The notes under the pieces were generated by a model, which was not told the origin of the DNA, did no database searches, and worked only from the letters and a program-made list of their open reading frames with translations. 64,000 nucleotides of DNA from an uncultured Candidatus Binatia bacterium (GTDB lineage: Bacteria; Desulfobacterota; Binatia; UBA9968; JAJDTQ01): the NCBI GenBank assembly GCA_965242525.1, contig OZ251459.1:2528001-2592000 (forward strand). Direction: 5' to 3'. The stretch's first letter is position 1. Each line of letters starts with the position of its first letter. Shown here piece after piece: positions 18,801 to 28,399 of the stretch. The translations under genes were made by a program, and so were the position numbers.

Positions 18801-19010
18801 GAGCCGCAGCGTGTCCTTGACCTGCGGCAGCAGGTCCCGGTCCAGGAACGACACGACCTCCGCGGCCTTGAGGTTCATGATCCGGTACAGGCCGAAGTCC
18901 AGGTCGCCGCGGTCGAGTTGGAACATCTCGTGCAACAGGGTCTTCAGCCGGTCGAGCTTTTCCCCGGAGCCGGGGGCCGGCGCGGTTCGGGAAGGCGTCG
19001 AATCGCTCAT
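15825..19010 (-). CDS. mod: Type III RM Mod subunit (adenine DNA methyltransferase)
   Basis: DLDFGLYRIMN, PYDGEEVKLHWANADQYYVKT, YIDPPYNT, FPKS, LDFFAGSGATGHAV. Confidence 0.93.
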   Translation of the reverse strand: MSDSTPSRTAPAPGSGEKLDRLKTLLHEMFQLDRGDLDFGLYRIMNLKAAEVVSFLDRDLLPQVKDTLRLTSAEERAELEEELEAARKQAWELGLSPNAEPPPKIAKLNRRLAEMKKDADAEADVYNHLANFFARYYTEGDFVSQRRYSSGGRSAYLVPYDGEEVKLHWANADQYYVKTTENYASYAFTVGAGDAARRVRFEIAAADNEKDNVKEANGRQRRFVLARGKGAAAVEDGELAVRFEHRPLTEGEKKRWPGNGVSQQGCINEATVERILNAVDPDWQAALTAPAPTNANGERTLLAKHLDRYTAKNSFDYFIHKDLSGFLRQELDLYLNTEVLNLDDLEQGDAPRLDRALARVRAMRHVGGKIIDFLAQLEDFQKRLWLKKKLVLETNWCVTLDRVPEALHPEVAANAAQCEEWVELFAVDEIAGDLTNGNAAWSVPPSVDFLKANPFLVLDTRHFDRDFTDRLLAALSDAGPLDEQTDGLLVHGENFQALNLLQARYGGQVQCVYIDPPYNTASSSILYKNDLKDSSWLSLMENRLPLAKALLVQDGILCCAIDDEEVWRLRALLQDVFDKEIGVAPVRSTPIGRTSVGKLSPTHEYALFYGSEKAVPGPLLKTEKEKQRYPLSDESGRYAWRNLLRTGTNDRRADRPKLYYPIYVSDDDTLRIPKMEWDEQSSEYRILEQPRKDETVVWPVKEQDGTKIEKNWERGWERVSQEAGEYRVQRNGNGPGTEGISIHFMQRMDVESTPKTWWGDAKYASSNHGARVLKELFGDNPFDFPKSVALVEDCIRASGGDEAGARVLDFFAGSGATGHAVVNLNREDGGQQRYTLVEIGRHFDTIILPRMKKVVYSPDWKNGKPVSRNGVSQLFEYVRLESYEDTMDSLVVAPLSDGQKDLLAKNPEMAEDYRLRYALGVETSGSPALLGNELRDPFAYTVSVVRDGVRCEVPVDLPETFNYLIGLRVESRRRIDDILTITGMEAEGRRCLILWRNIHETDYAALDAWFDRNRDRFVSSLDLIYVNGDHTLNAMQHPGETWVAETLDPVFRELMFEEIES

Positions 19011-19123
19011 GGGGTGTCCGTTCCGTTGGTGGATTCCAGGCCCCGGGTCGGGCCTTCGATCATGGGTCGTAGTCTATAACCGTTGTCGAGGTCCTTCAAG
19101 AACCCGTCGCCGGGCCCGTGTCT

Positions 19124-19152
19124 TTGACAACCAACCGCCGGTGCCACATACT
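19124..19152 (+). promoter_or_regulatory. Sigma70 promoter (TTGACA-N17-CATACT) for the TTT operon
   Basis: Consensus -35, 17-bp spacer, RBS GAGGAGG downstream. Confidence 0.6.
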
Positions 19153-19182
19153 GCGGTCCGACTACGAGACCGAGGAGGGACC

Positions 19183-20250
19183 ATGCTGCGAATCACCCTG
19201 TCTGCACTGCTGCTCGCCGCGTCCTTGGACGCGGGGTTGCCGGCCCTTGCCCGGGGCGAGGGCAAGGCCGTCGAGCCCGATTTCGAGGGCAAGACCATCA
19301 CCATGATCCTGGGCACCCGGCCCGGCGGTCGGCGGGACCGCATCGCCCGCACCATCGCGAGGCACCTGGCCGCGAACCTACCGGGCCAACCGACGATCCT
19401 GGTGCAGAACATACCGGGCGGCAAGGGGATACCCGCCCAGCTCAAGTTCTCCCGGTCCAGGCCGGACGGCAGCGTGGCGGGTCTCGTGGTCTCGTCGGAC
19501 ATGGAAGCCCCCTATTTCGGCGCTCCCGGGGCCACCTACAAGCCCCGTGAATACAGGTGGGTCGGCTCGGTGAGGACCGGCAAGCAGCGCAACGTGCTGT
19601 TCACCACCCGGAAGTCCGGCTTCGGCAGCATCGACGACCTGCGCGGCCGCGAGGTCGCGCTGGGCGCCCAGAGCGTGGGCCATCGGAGCTACCTCTACGG
19701 GCGGCTCATTGCGGAAGTCCTGGGCCTGAAGGTCCGGTGGGTCCTGGGATACTCCACCCCGGAGATGTACCTGGCCATGGAAAAGGGCGAGATCGACGGC
19801 CGCGTGAACGATGCGGCGTCGTTCAAGCGGGACCGGCCGGACTGGGTCGAGAAGCGGCAGGTGGTGGCCCACGTGGCCATGACGCTGCCCGGGAACCTTC
19901 CGCCCATACCGGGACCGCTGTTCGCCGACACCCCGGCGTTGATCACGTTCACGGACGAGGAGATCCACCGCAACCTCATCCGGAAGATGAACGCCACCAG
20001 CCGGCTCGGCGGCAGCGTGGCGCTGCCCCCGGGGACGCCGGAGCCCGTCCGCGCGGCCTACGAGAAGGCGCTGGTCACGGCCGGCAGGGACCCGAAGTTC
20101 CAGAAGGACTGGGAGAAGTTCGTGGGCATCCGGCCCTATGCGGGCGTGTCCGACAGCGCCGAGTTGTGGGAAGCGGTCCAGATCTACACGGACTGGAAGC
20201 CCGAGATCATGAACGAGTTCAAGCGCCTGGGCCACACGCCGCCGAAGTAG
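19183..20250 (+). CDS. tctC: Tripartite tricarboxylate transporter substrate-binding protein (TctC/Bug)
   Basis: Signal peptide, FEGKTITMI, PGG, VQNIPGG, LAMEKGEIDG, PPGTP. Confidence 0.85.
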   Translation: MLRITLSALLLAASLDAGLPALARGEGKAVEPDFEGKTITMILGTRPGGRRDRIARTIARHLAANLPGQPTILVQNIPGGKGIPAQLKFSRSRPDGSVAGLVVSSDMEAPYFGAPGATYKPREYRWVGSVRTGKQRNVLFTTRKSGFGSIDDLRGREVALGAQSVGHRSYLYGRLIAEVLGLKVRWVLGYSTPEMYLAMEKGEIDGRVNDAASFKRDRPDWVEKRQVVAHVAMTLPGNLPPIPGPLFADTPALITFTDEEIHRNLIRKMNATSRLGGSVALPPGTPEPVRAAYEKALVTAGRDPKFQKDWEKFVGIRPYAGVSDSAELWEAVQIYTDWKPEIMNEFKRLGHTPPK

Positions 20251-20356
20251 GCCGCGGAGTCCGCAGGCCGCGGCGCCCGGCGCGCGGGGCATGGGGCCCC
20301 GGGACGCCCACGCCGCCGCCCGGCCCGGGCGAAGCCATGATCGTGCACCCGTTTCC

Positions 20357-22348
20357 ATGATCGAAGCCGCCCTCCAGGGTCTGCAAAACCTCCTTTCGCT
20401 GAACGTCCTGGCGGGGATGCTCGCCGGGGTCGGGGTGGGCACCTTCACGGCCGTCACGCCCCAGGGCCTGGGCACCCCGCTCATGTACGCGCTGTTCCTG
20501 TCGGTGGTGACCCAGTGGGACCCGCTGGTGGCCATCGCCTTCCTGGTCGGCATGGACGCGGTGAGCAGCACGTGCAGCGCCTACCTGCCGGTGCTCTTCG
20601 GCATCCCCGGCGGCGCCGGCTCCCAGGCCACCGTGCTGGACGGCTATCCCATGGGCCGGAACGGCCAAGCCCGGCGCGCCCTGGGGGCGGCCTTCACCGC
20701 GGGCGTCCTCGGAAGCCTGGTGGGCACCTTGACCCTGGCGGCCGCCATCCCGGCGGCCCAGGCCATCATCCTGTTCCTGGGCTCTCCCGAGCTCTTCGTG
20801 GTGTCCCTCTGGGGCCTCAGCATGGTCTCCGTGCTGGCCGGGCCGCGTCCGGTGAAGGGGTTGATGGCCGGGGCCGCGGGACTGGTGGTCTCCGTGGTCG
20901 GGGTCCAGCCCCAGTCCGGGGTCATGCGCTTCGTGTTCGACCAGCCCTACCTGCTGGAGGGAGTGCCCTTGGCGGTGGCCGCGCTGGCGCTCTTCGGCGT
21001 ACCCTCCGCCCTCGACTTGGCGCTCGCGAAGGTGGGGGTCGAGCGCGCGCCCGCGCCCCTGGCGGGGCGGCTCCTGGACGGCGTCCGGGACGCCTTCCGC
21101 AACCTGTGGCTGGTGGTCCGGTGCAGCTTCCTGGGCGTCTGGGTGGGCATCGTCCCGGGCCTTGGCGCCCAGGTGGTGGACTGGCTCAGCTACGGCCATG
21201 CCGCCCAGACCTGCAAGGGCGCCAAGGAGACCTTCGGCAAGGGCGACGTGCGCGGGGTCATCGCGCCCGAGGCCTCCAACGACGCCAAGGACGGCGGCAC
21301 CCTGATCCCCATGCTCACGCTGGGCGTGCCGGGGAGCCTGGTTTCGGCGCTCTTCCTGTTCGCCCTGACGGCCATGGGGTACGCCCCGGGTCCCTTCATG
21401 CTGGAGCGCAACGCGGACGTGGTCTATAGCATCGTGTGGGTGCTGGGCATCGCCAGCGTCATCGGCGGAATCCTGGGTCTCGTCTTCTCGAACCAACTGG
21501 CCAGGCTCGCGGAGCTGCGCTACTCCATCATCGTGCCGTCGATACTGGGTTTCGTGCTGATCGGGGCGCTGAACGCCAACCAGAGCCCGCTGGACCTGGT
21601 GATGGTGGTGTCGTTCGGCCTCGTCGGTTACTTCCTGAAGCTCTTCGGCTATCCCAGGCCGCCCCTGATCCTGGGCATGATCCTCGGCATCATCATGGAG
21701 AAGTACCTCTACATCTCCACCGCGCGCTACGGTTTCGACTGGTTGGCGCGCCCGTCGGTGCTGGCGCTCCTGGCTCTCGTGGCGGCGACCCTGGGCTACA
21801 CCCTGTGGAGCCGGAGGGACAGGGGAGCCGCGTCCGGCCGAGGACGGGAGGCGGCGAGCCCCGGCCCGGGCTTCCGCGTCAACGGGGAAGCCCTGCTGGT
21901 CATGGGCTTCCTGGCGTTCTTCGTGCTGGTCATGCGGACCGGCGCCGAATGGCCCCTCGTGGCCAAGCTCATGCCGGTCTATATCGCCGCGGTTCCCGGG
22001 GCCGCGCTGGCCCTGTGGCAACTCTTCCGCGTGGCCACCGGCCGGGAGCGGGCCGCGTCCCGCGGCGTCGAGATGGACGAAGGTTTCCGGCAGGAACTCG
22101 ATACGCGGGTGGCGCGCCGGCGCACCGCGGTCTTCTTCGCCTGGTTCACGGGCGCCGCCCTCGCCGTGTGGCTCCTGGGGATCACCTTGGCCGTCCCCCT
22201 CTTCGTCTTCCTCTATTGCCTCGTCGAAGGACGGGAAAAGCTCCGGGTCGCCCTGCTCATGGCCGCGGTCGCCTTCCTCCTGCTCTGGGGGTTGTTCGAG
22301 GGCGTGTTCCAGGTGCTGTGGGCCGACGGCGTGCTGTTCGGCGGCTGA
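20357..22348 (+). CDS. tctA: TctA permease fused to a C-terminal TctB-like domain
   Basis: GIPGGAGSQATVLDGYPM, GVIAPEASNDAKDGG, RPPLILGMILG, followed by ~170 aa with 4-5 extra TM segments. Confidence 0.85.
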   Translation: MIEAALQGLQNLLSLNVLAGMLAGVGVGTFTAVTPQGLGTPLMYALFLSVVTQWDPLVAIAFLVGMDAVSSTCSAYLPVLFGIPGGAGSQATVLDGYPMGRNGQARRALGAAFTAGVLGSLVGTLTLAAAIPAAQAIILFLGSPELFVVSLWGLSMVSVLAGPRPVKGLMAGAAGLVVSVVGVQPQSGVMRFVFDQPYLLEGVPLAVAALALFGVPSALDLALAKVGVERAPAPLAGRLLDGVRDAFRNLWLVVRCSFLGVWVGIVPGLGAQVVDWLSYGHAAQTCKGAKETFGKGDVRGVIAPEASNDAKDGGTLIPMLTLGVPGSLVSALFLFALTAMGYAPGPFMLERNADVVYSIVWVLGIASVIGGILGLVFSNQLARLAELRYSIIVPSILGFVLIGALNANQSPLDLVMVVSFGLVGYFLKLFGYPRPPLILGMILGIIMEKYLYISTARYGFDWLARPSVLALLALVAATLGYTLWSRRDRGAASGRGREAASPGPGFRVNGEALLVMGFLAFFVLVMRTGAEWPLVAKLMPVYIAAVPGAALALWQLFRVATGRERAASRGVEMDEGFRQELDTRVARRRTAVFFAWFTGAALAVWLLGITLAVPLFVFLYCLVEGREKLRVALLMAAVAFLLLWGLFEGVFQVLWADGVLFGG

Positions 22349-22395
22349 GGCGCGGCCCGGTTCCTGTTGCGGCAGATATGCAGTAAGCTGAGGAT

Positions 22396-23604
22396 ATGCC
22401 GCCAAAGTGGATCGACAGGACGTTCCAGCCGGTGTTGACCGGTCCCGCGGAGCATCTGCGGCTCTTTCCTGTGTGGCTGTTGCTGGGACCGCGGCAGGTG
22501 GGCAAGAGTTCCCTGCTCGACAGGTGCGCGGACGGCCACGCTTACGTCAGCCTCGACGACCTCGACACCCGGGAACGCGCCAACCGGGACCCGGTGCTGT
22601 TCGTGCGGGAGCTCCGGCCGCCGTTCGTCATCGACGAGATCCAGTATGCGCCCCGGCTGTTGAGCCCCATCAAGCGCCTGGTGGACGCGGGCGGCCTCGC
22701 GCCCGGGGCGGTCCGGCTCACCGGGTCCCAGAACTTCCGGATGATGGCGGGGGTCACCGAGACCCTGGCCGGTCGGGTGGCGGTGCTCAACCTGCTGGGG
22801 CTTTCGGACGAGGAAAAAGGGCTCCCCCCGCTCCTTCCCCCCGACGAGTACTTCCGACGGTTGATCGAGACCGGGTTCCCCCGGCTCCGCGGGGTCGAGG
22901 ACCGGGCCGCCCGGGACCTCTACCTTTCGTCCTACGTGCAGACCTACATCGAACGCGACATCCGCGAGCTGCTGCGCATCGAGAAGCGCCGGGAGTTCGA
23001 GACCTTCGTCAAGCTGTGCGCGCTGCGCACCGGACAGGTGGTCAACTACCAGGACCTCGCGCGCGACGCCAACGTCTCCCCCGCCACCGTCAAGGAGTGG
23101 CTCAGCCTGCTGGAGGACGGTTTCCTCGTCAAGCTGCTGTCTCCGTGTTTCTCCAACCGGACCAGGAGGATGACCAAGAGTCCCAAGTTGTACTTCCTGG
23201 ACGCGGGGCTGGCGGCGTGGCTCGGCGGCTGGCGGAGCGCGTCCGAGGCGCGCCTGGGGCCCATGGGCGGCGCCCTGTTCGAGACCCACGTCCTCGCCGA
23301 GATCCTCAAGCGGTTCCGCCATCGGGCGCGGGAAGTGCAGGTCCACTTCTGGCGCACCCGGGACGGCCGGGAGATCGACTTCCTCGTGGAGACCGACGGC
23401 AGGACCTATCCCGTGGAGGTCAAGCTCGGTTCGCCCCGGTACGACCGCCTGGCGCCGTTGGAGAAGGTCGCCGGCCCGGGCTGGCGGGAAGGACAGGTGG
23501 TGTCGCTGGCGGCTTCGGAAAGCCCGGTTCGGCTGCGGGACGACTGGACCCTGTGTGCGCCCGGCTCGCTGGACGTGGGCATGGCCGGGACCGGCCGCGG
23601 ATGA
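22396..23604 (+). CDS. AAA_14 + DUF4143 ATP-binding protein
   Basis: GPRQVGKS, IDEIQY, LTGSQ, YIERDIR, PKLYFLDAGL, EIDFLV...EVK. Confidence 0.9.
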   Translation: MPPKWIDRTFQPVLTGPAEHLRLFPVWLLLGPRQVGKSSLLDRCADGHAYVSLDDLDTRERANRDPVLFVRELRPPFVIDEIQYAPRLLSPIKRLVDAGGLAPGAVRLTGSQNFRMMAGVTETLAGRVAVLNLLGLSDEEKGLPPLLPPDEYFRRLIETGFPRLRGVEDRAARDLYLSSYVQTYIERDIRELLRIEKRREFETFVKLCALRTGQVVNYQDLARDANVSPATVKEWLSLLEDGFLVKLLSPCFSNRTRRMTKSPKLYFLDAGLAAWLGGWRSASEARLGPMGGALFETHVLAEILKRFRHRAREVQVHFWRTRDGREIDFLVETDGRTYPVEVKLGSPRYDRLAPLEKVAGPGWREGQVVSLAASESPVRLRDDWTLCAPGSLDVGMAGTGRG

Positions 23605-23644
23605 GACCCGCGGGTTGCACGACACCGGACGGAGGACGCGCCTC

Positions 23645-25333
23645 ATGGGCCAGGGCTTCCTGAGCAAGGACCGCATCGTGGCGCCGCCGGGGTTCAACCG
23701 GTGGCGGATACCTCCCGCGTCGGTCGCCATGCACCTGTGCATCGGCTCCATCTACTCCTGGAGCATCTTCAACCCGGTGCTGACCAGGGAGTTGGGCGTG
23801 GTGGCCAGCGCCGCGGCGGACTGGAGCATCGGCTCGGTGGTGTGGATCTTCTCGGTGGCCATCGTGTTCGTGGGTCTTGCCGCGGCCGTGGCCGGCGGAT
23901 GGATCGACCGGGTGGGGCCCCGCGCCGCGGGCGTTGCCGCGGCGTGCCTCTGGGGCAGCGGCTTCATGGTCGGCAGCGCGGGCATCCACTGGCACCAGTT
24001 GTGGCTGGTCTATGCGGGTTACGGCGTGTTGGGCGGATGCGGCCTGGGTCTGGCCTACCTCGCGCCGGTGCCGATCCTGATCCGCTGGTTTCCCGACCGG
24101 CGCGGGATGGCCACGGGCATGGCCATCATGGGGTTCGGCGGCGGCGCCATGATCGCCGCGCCGCTGAAGGAGTTCCTGCTGCAAACGTTCCGGGAGGCGC
24201 CCCGCTACCTGGGTCCCGCGGACGCGACGCCGCTGGTGACCGAAGGCGGGCGGCGGTTCGCCGAGGTGGCCGGCCAGCGGGTGGAGGTGGTGACCGCGGG
24301 CCCCGCGGCCGCGGAAGGCGTCTATGTGGTGGGCAGCGGCGGCACGGGCGCCGCGGAGACCTTCCTGGTCATGGGGGTCGTTTACATGGCGGTGATGCTG
24401 GCCGCGGCTTTCGCCTACCGGGTCCCGGCCAGGGACTGGAGGCCCGCGGGGTGGGACCCCGAGGGCGCGGGCGCGCCGAAACGCATGGTCACCACCGAGA
24501 ACGTGCACGTGAGCCAGGCGCACCGGACGCCGCAGTTCTACCTGCTCTGGGTGATGCTCTGCTTCAACGTCACCGCGGGCATCGGCGTCATCGGCGTCGC
24601 CAAGACCATGATGACCGACATCTTCGGCTCCACCCTGCCCGCGGTGGCGACCCCGGCCTTCGCCTCGACCTACGTGCTGATGATCAGCGTGTTCAACATG
24701 GGCGGCCGGTTCCTCTGGGCGTCGGTGTCCGACTACATCGGCAGGAGGGCCACCTGTTCGCTGTTCTTCGTGGCCGGGGCGCTGCTGTACCTGTCCATCC
24801 CCTTGGCGGCCAACGGCGTGGCCGCGGACCCCGGGGTCGCGTGGCTGGTGCTGTTCTACGCCGCCACCATGCTGGCCTTCACCTTCTACGGCGGCGGCTT
24901 CGCCACCATCCCGGCCTACGTGGCGGACGTGTTCGGCGCCATGCACGTGGGCGGCATCCACGGACGCATCCTCACGGCCTGGAGCGTCGCCGGGGTGCTG
25001 GGGCCGTTCCTCATCACCCGCATCCGCGACCTGTCCATCCGGGGGTCCATCCGCGACTTGGCCGCCAAGGTCGATCCCGCGGACTTCGAGGCCCGCTTCG
25101 GCGCGCCCCTCGCCAGCCTGGAGGAGTTGGCGGCCGCCAGGACCGTGACCATCGGCAACCTGATGGAGCTCGCCCCGCCCGGAACCCCGGACCCCACGCC
25201 GGGCCTCTACAACCCCACCATGTTCGCCATGGCGGCGTTCCTGGCGGTCGCCTTCGTCGCCAACGGGATGATGCGTCCGGTGGACGCCAAGCGCCACGTC
25301 CGCAACACCCACCCGGACTTGGCCGATACGTAA
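23645..25333 (+). CDS. MFS transporter, oxalate/formate antiporter (OFA) family
   Basis: HLCIGSIYSWS, WFPDRRGMATGMAIMGFGGG, YGGGFATIPAY, IHGRILTAWS. Confidence 0.9.
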   Translation: MGQGFLSKDRIVAPPGFNRWRIPPASVAMHLCIGSIYSWSIFNPVLTRELGVVASAAADWSIGSVVWIFSVAIVFVGLAAAVAGGWIDRVGPRAAGVAAACLWGSGFMVGSAGIHWHQLWLVYAGYGVLGGCGLGLAYLAPVPILIRWFPDRRGMATGMAIMGFGGGAMIAAPLKEFLLQTFREAPRYLGPADATPLVTEGGRRFAEVAGQRVEVVTAGPAAAEGVYVVGSGGTGAAETFLVMGVVYMAVMLAAAFAYRVPARDWRPAGWDPEGAGAPKRMVTTENVHVSQAHRTPQFYLLWVMLCFNVTAGIGVIGVAKTMMTDIFGSTLPAVATPAFASTYVLMISVFNMGGRFLWASVSDYIGRRATCSLFFVAGALLYLSIPLAANGVAADPGVAWLVLFYAATMLAFTFYGGGFATIPAYVADVFGAMHVGGIHGRILTAWSVAGVLGPFLITRIRDLSIRGSIRDLAAKVDPADFEARFGAPLASLEELAAARTVTIGNLMELAPPGTPDPTPGLYNPTMFAMAAFLAVAFVANGMMRPVDAKRHVRNTHPDLADT

Positions 25334-25339
25334 CCCGGG

Positions 25340-25451
25340 GGGCTCTTCCGGCTTTCGAGTGGGCAAGGCAGGCGGGAAAGGGGAGCGACAGGGTTCAGGC
25401 CGTCATCTCCGCAGACGCCCACCTCGTCATTCCCGCGAAAGCGGGAATCCA
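25340..25451. repeat. Partial MITE-B copy
   Basis: gggctcttccggctttcgagtggg...gtcattcccgcgaaagcgggaatcc. Confidence 0.75.
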
Positions 25452-25536
25452 GTCACATAACCCGCACGCATTCTTGAAGCGCCTCCAAGGGAGGGCCGCC
25501 CTCGACAGCGCCTTCCCCAGCATCTCGAAATCCACC

Positions 25537-25566
25537 TTGACACCGGACGGGCTTGTTCGATATAGC
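25537..25566 (+). promoter_or_regulatory. Sigma70-like promoter (TTGACA-N18-TATAGC)
   Basis: Consensus -35; upstream of the second TTT operon. Confidence 0.5.
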
Positions 25567-25621
25567 ACCGGGTTCTTATCGTAACACTCGAATGGTTGAG
25601 GAGACTCGGAACGGTCCCGGA

Positions 25622-25761
25622 GGAAGGGCGCGTCCTTCGACTTCGCTTCGCTACGCTCAGGACGAACGGAGGTCCCCGCTTCGCTACCATCGGGACGAAC
25701 GGGGACGGGAAGGCGCGTGAGGGAATAACCCTCATCCACGGCTCGATCGTTCAGGGTTTCC
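25622..25761. repeat. MITE-A copy (reverse orientation, internally duplicated core)
   Basis: cttcgacttcgcttcgctacgctcaggacgaacgg...gatcgttcagggtttcc. Confidence 0.75.
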
Positions 25762-25775
25762 TCGAGGAGGTTTCC

Positions 25776-26795
25776 ATGAAGCCAGCAGTTGCGGGAATGG
25801 TTGCTCTGTGCGCCGCCGCGGCCGGGTCGCCGGCCGCCCACGCGGTGGATTTCTCCGGCAAGACGTTCGTGGTGATGGTGGCGTCGAACCCGGGCGGCGG
25901 CACCGACACCACGGCCCGCCTGGTCGCGCGCTACTGGAGCCGCTACCTGCCCGGAAAACCCGAGGTGGTCATCCGCAACAAGCCGCTCCAGACCGCGGCC
26001 GCCAACTTCTTCCAGCGCAAGACCCGCCCCGACGGCCTCACCACCGCGGTGTTCGCGGGCGGGGGCAGCCTCTCGCCGGTGGCGCGCAAGGCGTCGTCGG
26101 TCCGTTACGACCCCCTGAGTTGGGAGTACGTCGGCTCCATCGAGCGCGGGCCGTCCGTGCAGTTCATTCGCAAGAGCGCCTTGGCGAGGCTCGGGGACCC
26201 CGGCGCCCCGCCCGTGGCGGTGGGCTCGGCCGGGCCGGGCTACCGCCCCTCCGACGCCATGGCGGTCTATGGCGCGGAATACGGCGGCTGGAACATCAAG
26301 GTCGTGCACGGCTACCCGAGCTCCCGGGACGTGTACCTTGCCTATGAGCGGGGCGAGGTGGACATGTTCGGCTCCGGCACTTCCAGGATCATCCGGCGCT
26401 TTCTCGAGGGCGATGCGGTGGCCTTGGCGGTCCACGAGAAGCGGGCGGACTTCCCCAAGGTGCCCACCCTGGAGGAGCTCCTTGGCGACAAGCTGCCCCA
26501 GGGCATGGCCCGCAAGGCCTACCGCATCTGGTCGGGTCCCAGCTCGGTGGACAAGTACTTCGTGCTCCCGGCCAGGACCCCCGCAGCCGTGGTCAACGCC
26601 TTGAGGTCCTCGTTCGCCAAGGTGCTGGCCGACCCCGGCTTCCAGAAGGACGCCAGGAAGATCCTCGGCAAGGGCTACCGCCCGCTCACCGGGCCCGAGA
26701 CGCAGCAGTTGGTCAGGGACTCGCTGGTGGTCCCCGACGAGGTCCTGGGCTTCAACCGCAAGCTGCGCGAGAAACACGGCCTGCCGGTCCAGTAA
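25776..26795 (+). CDS. tctC: TctC/Bug substrate-binding protein
   Basis: Signal peptide, FSGKT, PGGGTDTTARL, LAYERGEVD, PKVPT; RBS GAGGAGG. Confidence 0.88.
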   Translation: MKPAVAGMVALCAAAAGSPAAHAVDFSGKTFVVMVASNPGGGTDTTARLVARYWSRYLPGKPEVVIRNKPLQTAAANFFQRKTRPDGLTTAVFAGGGSLSPVARKASSVRYDPLSWEYVGSIERGPSVQFIRKSALARLGDPGAPPVAVGSAGPGYRPSDAMAVYGAEYGGWNIKVVHGYPSSRDVYLAYERGEVDMFGSGTSRIIRRFLEGDAVALAVHEKRADFPKVPTLEELLGDKLPQGMARKAYRIWSGPSSVDKYFVLPARTPAAVVNALRSSFAKVLADPGFQKDARKILGKGYRPLTGPETQQLVRDSLVVPDEVLGFNRKLREKHGLPVQ

Positions 26796-26915
26796 TAGCC
26801 GCCCGGGCGGTTCGAGGCCCGCGGGGCGGGCGGTCCCCGACCCCCGGTCCCCGGAGCCTGGTCCTCCGGGGAGGCCGGGAAACCGAGGCGGCGCTTCCGC
26901 CTGCCGCGTGAAACC

Positions 26916-28388
26916 ATGCTTGACGCCGCTTGGCAGGGCCTTTCGGGCATACTCGCGCCCGAGCCCATGCTGCTGCTCCTCTTCGGGGTCCTCCTGGGCG
27001 TCTGGGGCGGCGCCCTGCCCGGGGTGGGCGGGCCGTCGCAGCTCGCGGTCCTCCTGCCCTTCGCGATGGTCATGGAGCCCTTCAACGCCATCGCCTTCCT
27101 CATCGGCGTCACCACCGTAGGCAACACCGGCAACACCTTCACCTCCGTGCTGGTGGCGGTGCCCGGCGGGTCCGGGGCCCAGGCCACGGTGCTGGACGGC
27201 TACCCCATGGCCCGCAACGGCGAAGCCGCCCGGGCCCTGAGCGCCGCCTTCACCGTGTCCATGCTCGGAGGGATCTTCGGCGCCCTGGTGCTCTTCGCTT
27301 CCCTGCCGGTGCTGCGCGAGGTCGTTCGCAGCTTCGGCTCCCCCGAGCTCTTCCTGTTCACCGTCTGGGGCCTCAGCATGCTGGGCGTCATCAGTTCCGG
27401 CGCGCCCCTCAAGGGACTCACCGCGGGCATCCTGGGCGTCCTCCTGTCAACCGTCGGCCAGGACGACAAGTCCGGGGTGATCCGCTTCGATGTGGGGCTG
27501 CCCTACCTGTGGGACGGCGTGAGCGTGGTGCTCATCTCCCTCAGCATCTTCGCCGTCCCGGAGATGATCGCCCTGGCCGGCCGCAAGGGCCGGGTGGCCG
27601 AGGTCCAGAAGCTCGGCAGCGGCCTGCTGGAAGGGATCCGGGACGCCTTCCGCCACTGGTGGCTCCTGGTCCGGTGCTCGGCCATCGGCGTGTGGGTGGG
27701 CGTGTTGCCGGGTCTCGGCAGCGACGTGGCGGACTGGTTCGCCTACGCCCATGCCCGGCAGACCGAAAGGAACGGCGAGGGCTTCGGCCGGGGCGACGTG
27801 CGCGGCGTCATCGCGCCGGAATCGTCCAACAACGCCAAGGAAGGCGGGGCGCTCATCACTACCCTGGCCTTCGGCATCCCCGGCAGCACCTCCATGGCCT
27901 TGCTGCTCATCGCCTTCGTGGCCGTGGGCCTGACCCCGGGCCCCGAAATGCTCACCGACCAGTTGGGCTTCGTCTTCAGCATCATCTGGGCCCTGGTGTT
28001 CTCCCAGATCCTGGCCTCCGGGGTCTGCTGGCTCCTGGTGAAGCCCGCGGCGCGCATCTGCGTCCTGCCCTTCTACGTGCTCGTGCCGTTCATCGTCGCC
28101 CTGGCGTTCCTCAGCGCCTTCGCCGCCAACTTCGACATCGGCGACTTGGTGGCGCTGCTGACCCTCTCGCTGCTGGGCTACCTGCTGAAGGTCTTCGGTT
28201 GGCCCCGGGCCCCGGTGGTGCTCGGGTTCGTCCTGGGCCGCAAGATGGAGCTCTACCTGTGGCTGGCCGTGGCCCGCTACGGCATGGAGTGGGTCTTCCG
28301 CCCCGGCGTCGTGGTCCTGTCCCTGCTGGTGCTGGGGACGCTGCTGTTCCCGCTGGTCAAGGCCCGGCGGGCGGCGCCCGCCCCGTGA
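26916..28388 (+). CDS. tctA: TctA permease
   Basis: PGGSGAQATVLDGYPM, GVIAPESSNNAKEGG, PRAPVVLGFVLG. Confidence 0.9.
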   Translation: MLDAAWQGLSGILAPEPMLLLLFGVLLGVWGGALPGVGGPSQLAVLLPFAMVMEPFNAIAFLIGVTTVGNTGNTFTSVLVAVPGGSGAQATVLDGYPMARNGEAARALSAAFTVSMLGGIFGALVLFASLPVLREVVRSFGSPELFLFTVWGLSMLGVISSGAPLKGLTAGILGVLLSTVGQDDKSGVIRFDVGLPYLWDGVSVVLISLSIFAVPEMIALAGRKGRVAEVQKLGSGLLEGIRDAFRHWWLLVRCSAIGVWVGVLPGLGSDVADWFAYAHARQTERNGEGFGRGDVRGVIAPESSNNAKEGGALITTLAFGIPGSTSMALLLIAFVAVGLTPGPEMLTDQLGFVFSIIWALVFSQILASGVCWLLVKPAARICVLPFYVLVPFIVALAFLSAFAANFDIGDLVALLTLSLLGYLLKVFGWPRAPVVLGFVLGRKMELYLWLAVARYGMEWVFRPGVVVLSLLVLGTLLFPLVKARRAAPAP

Positions 28389-28399
28389 AGGATGCGTCC

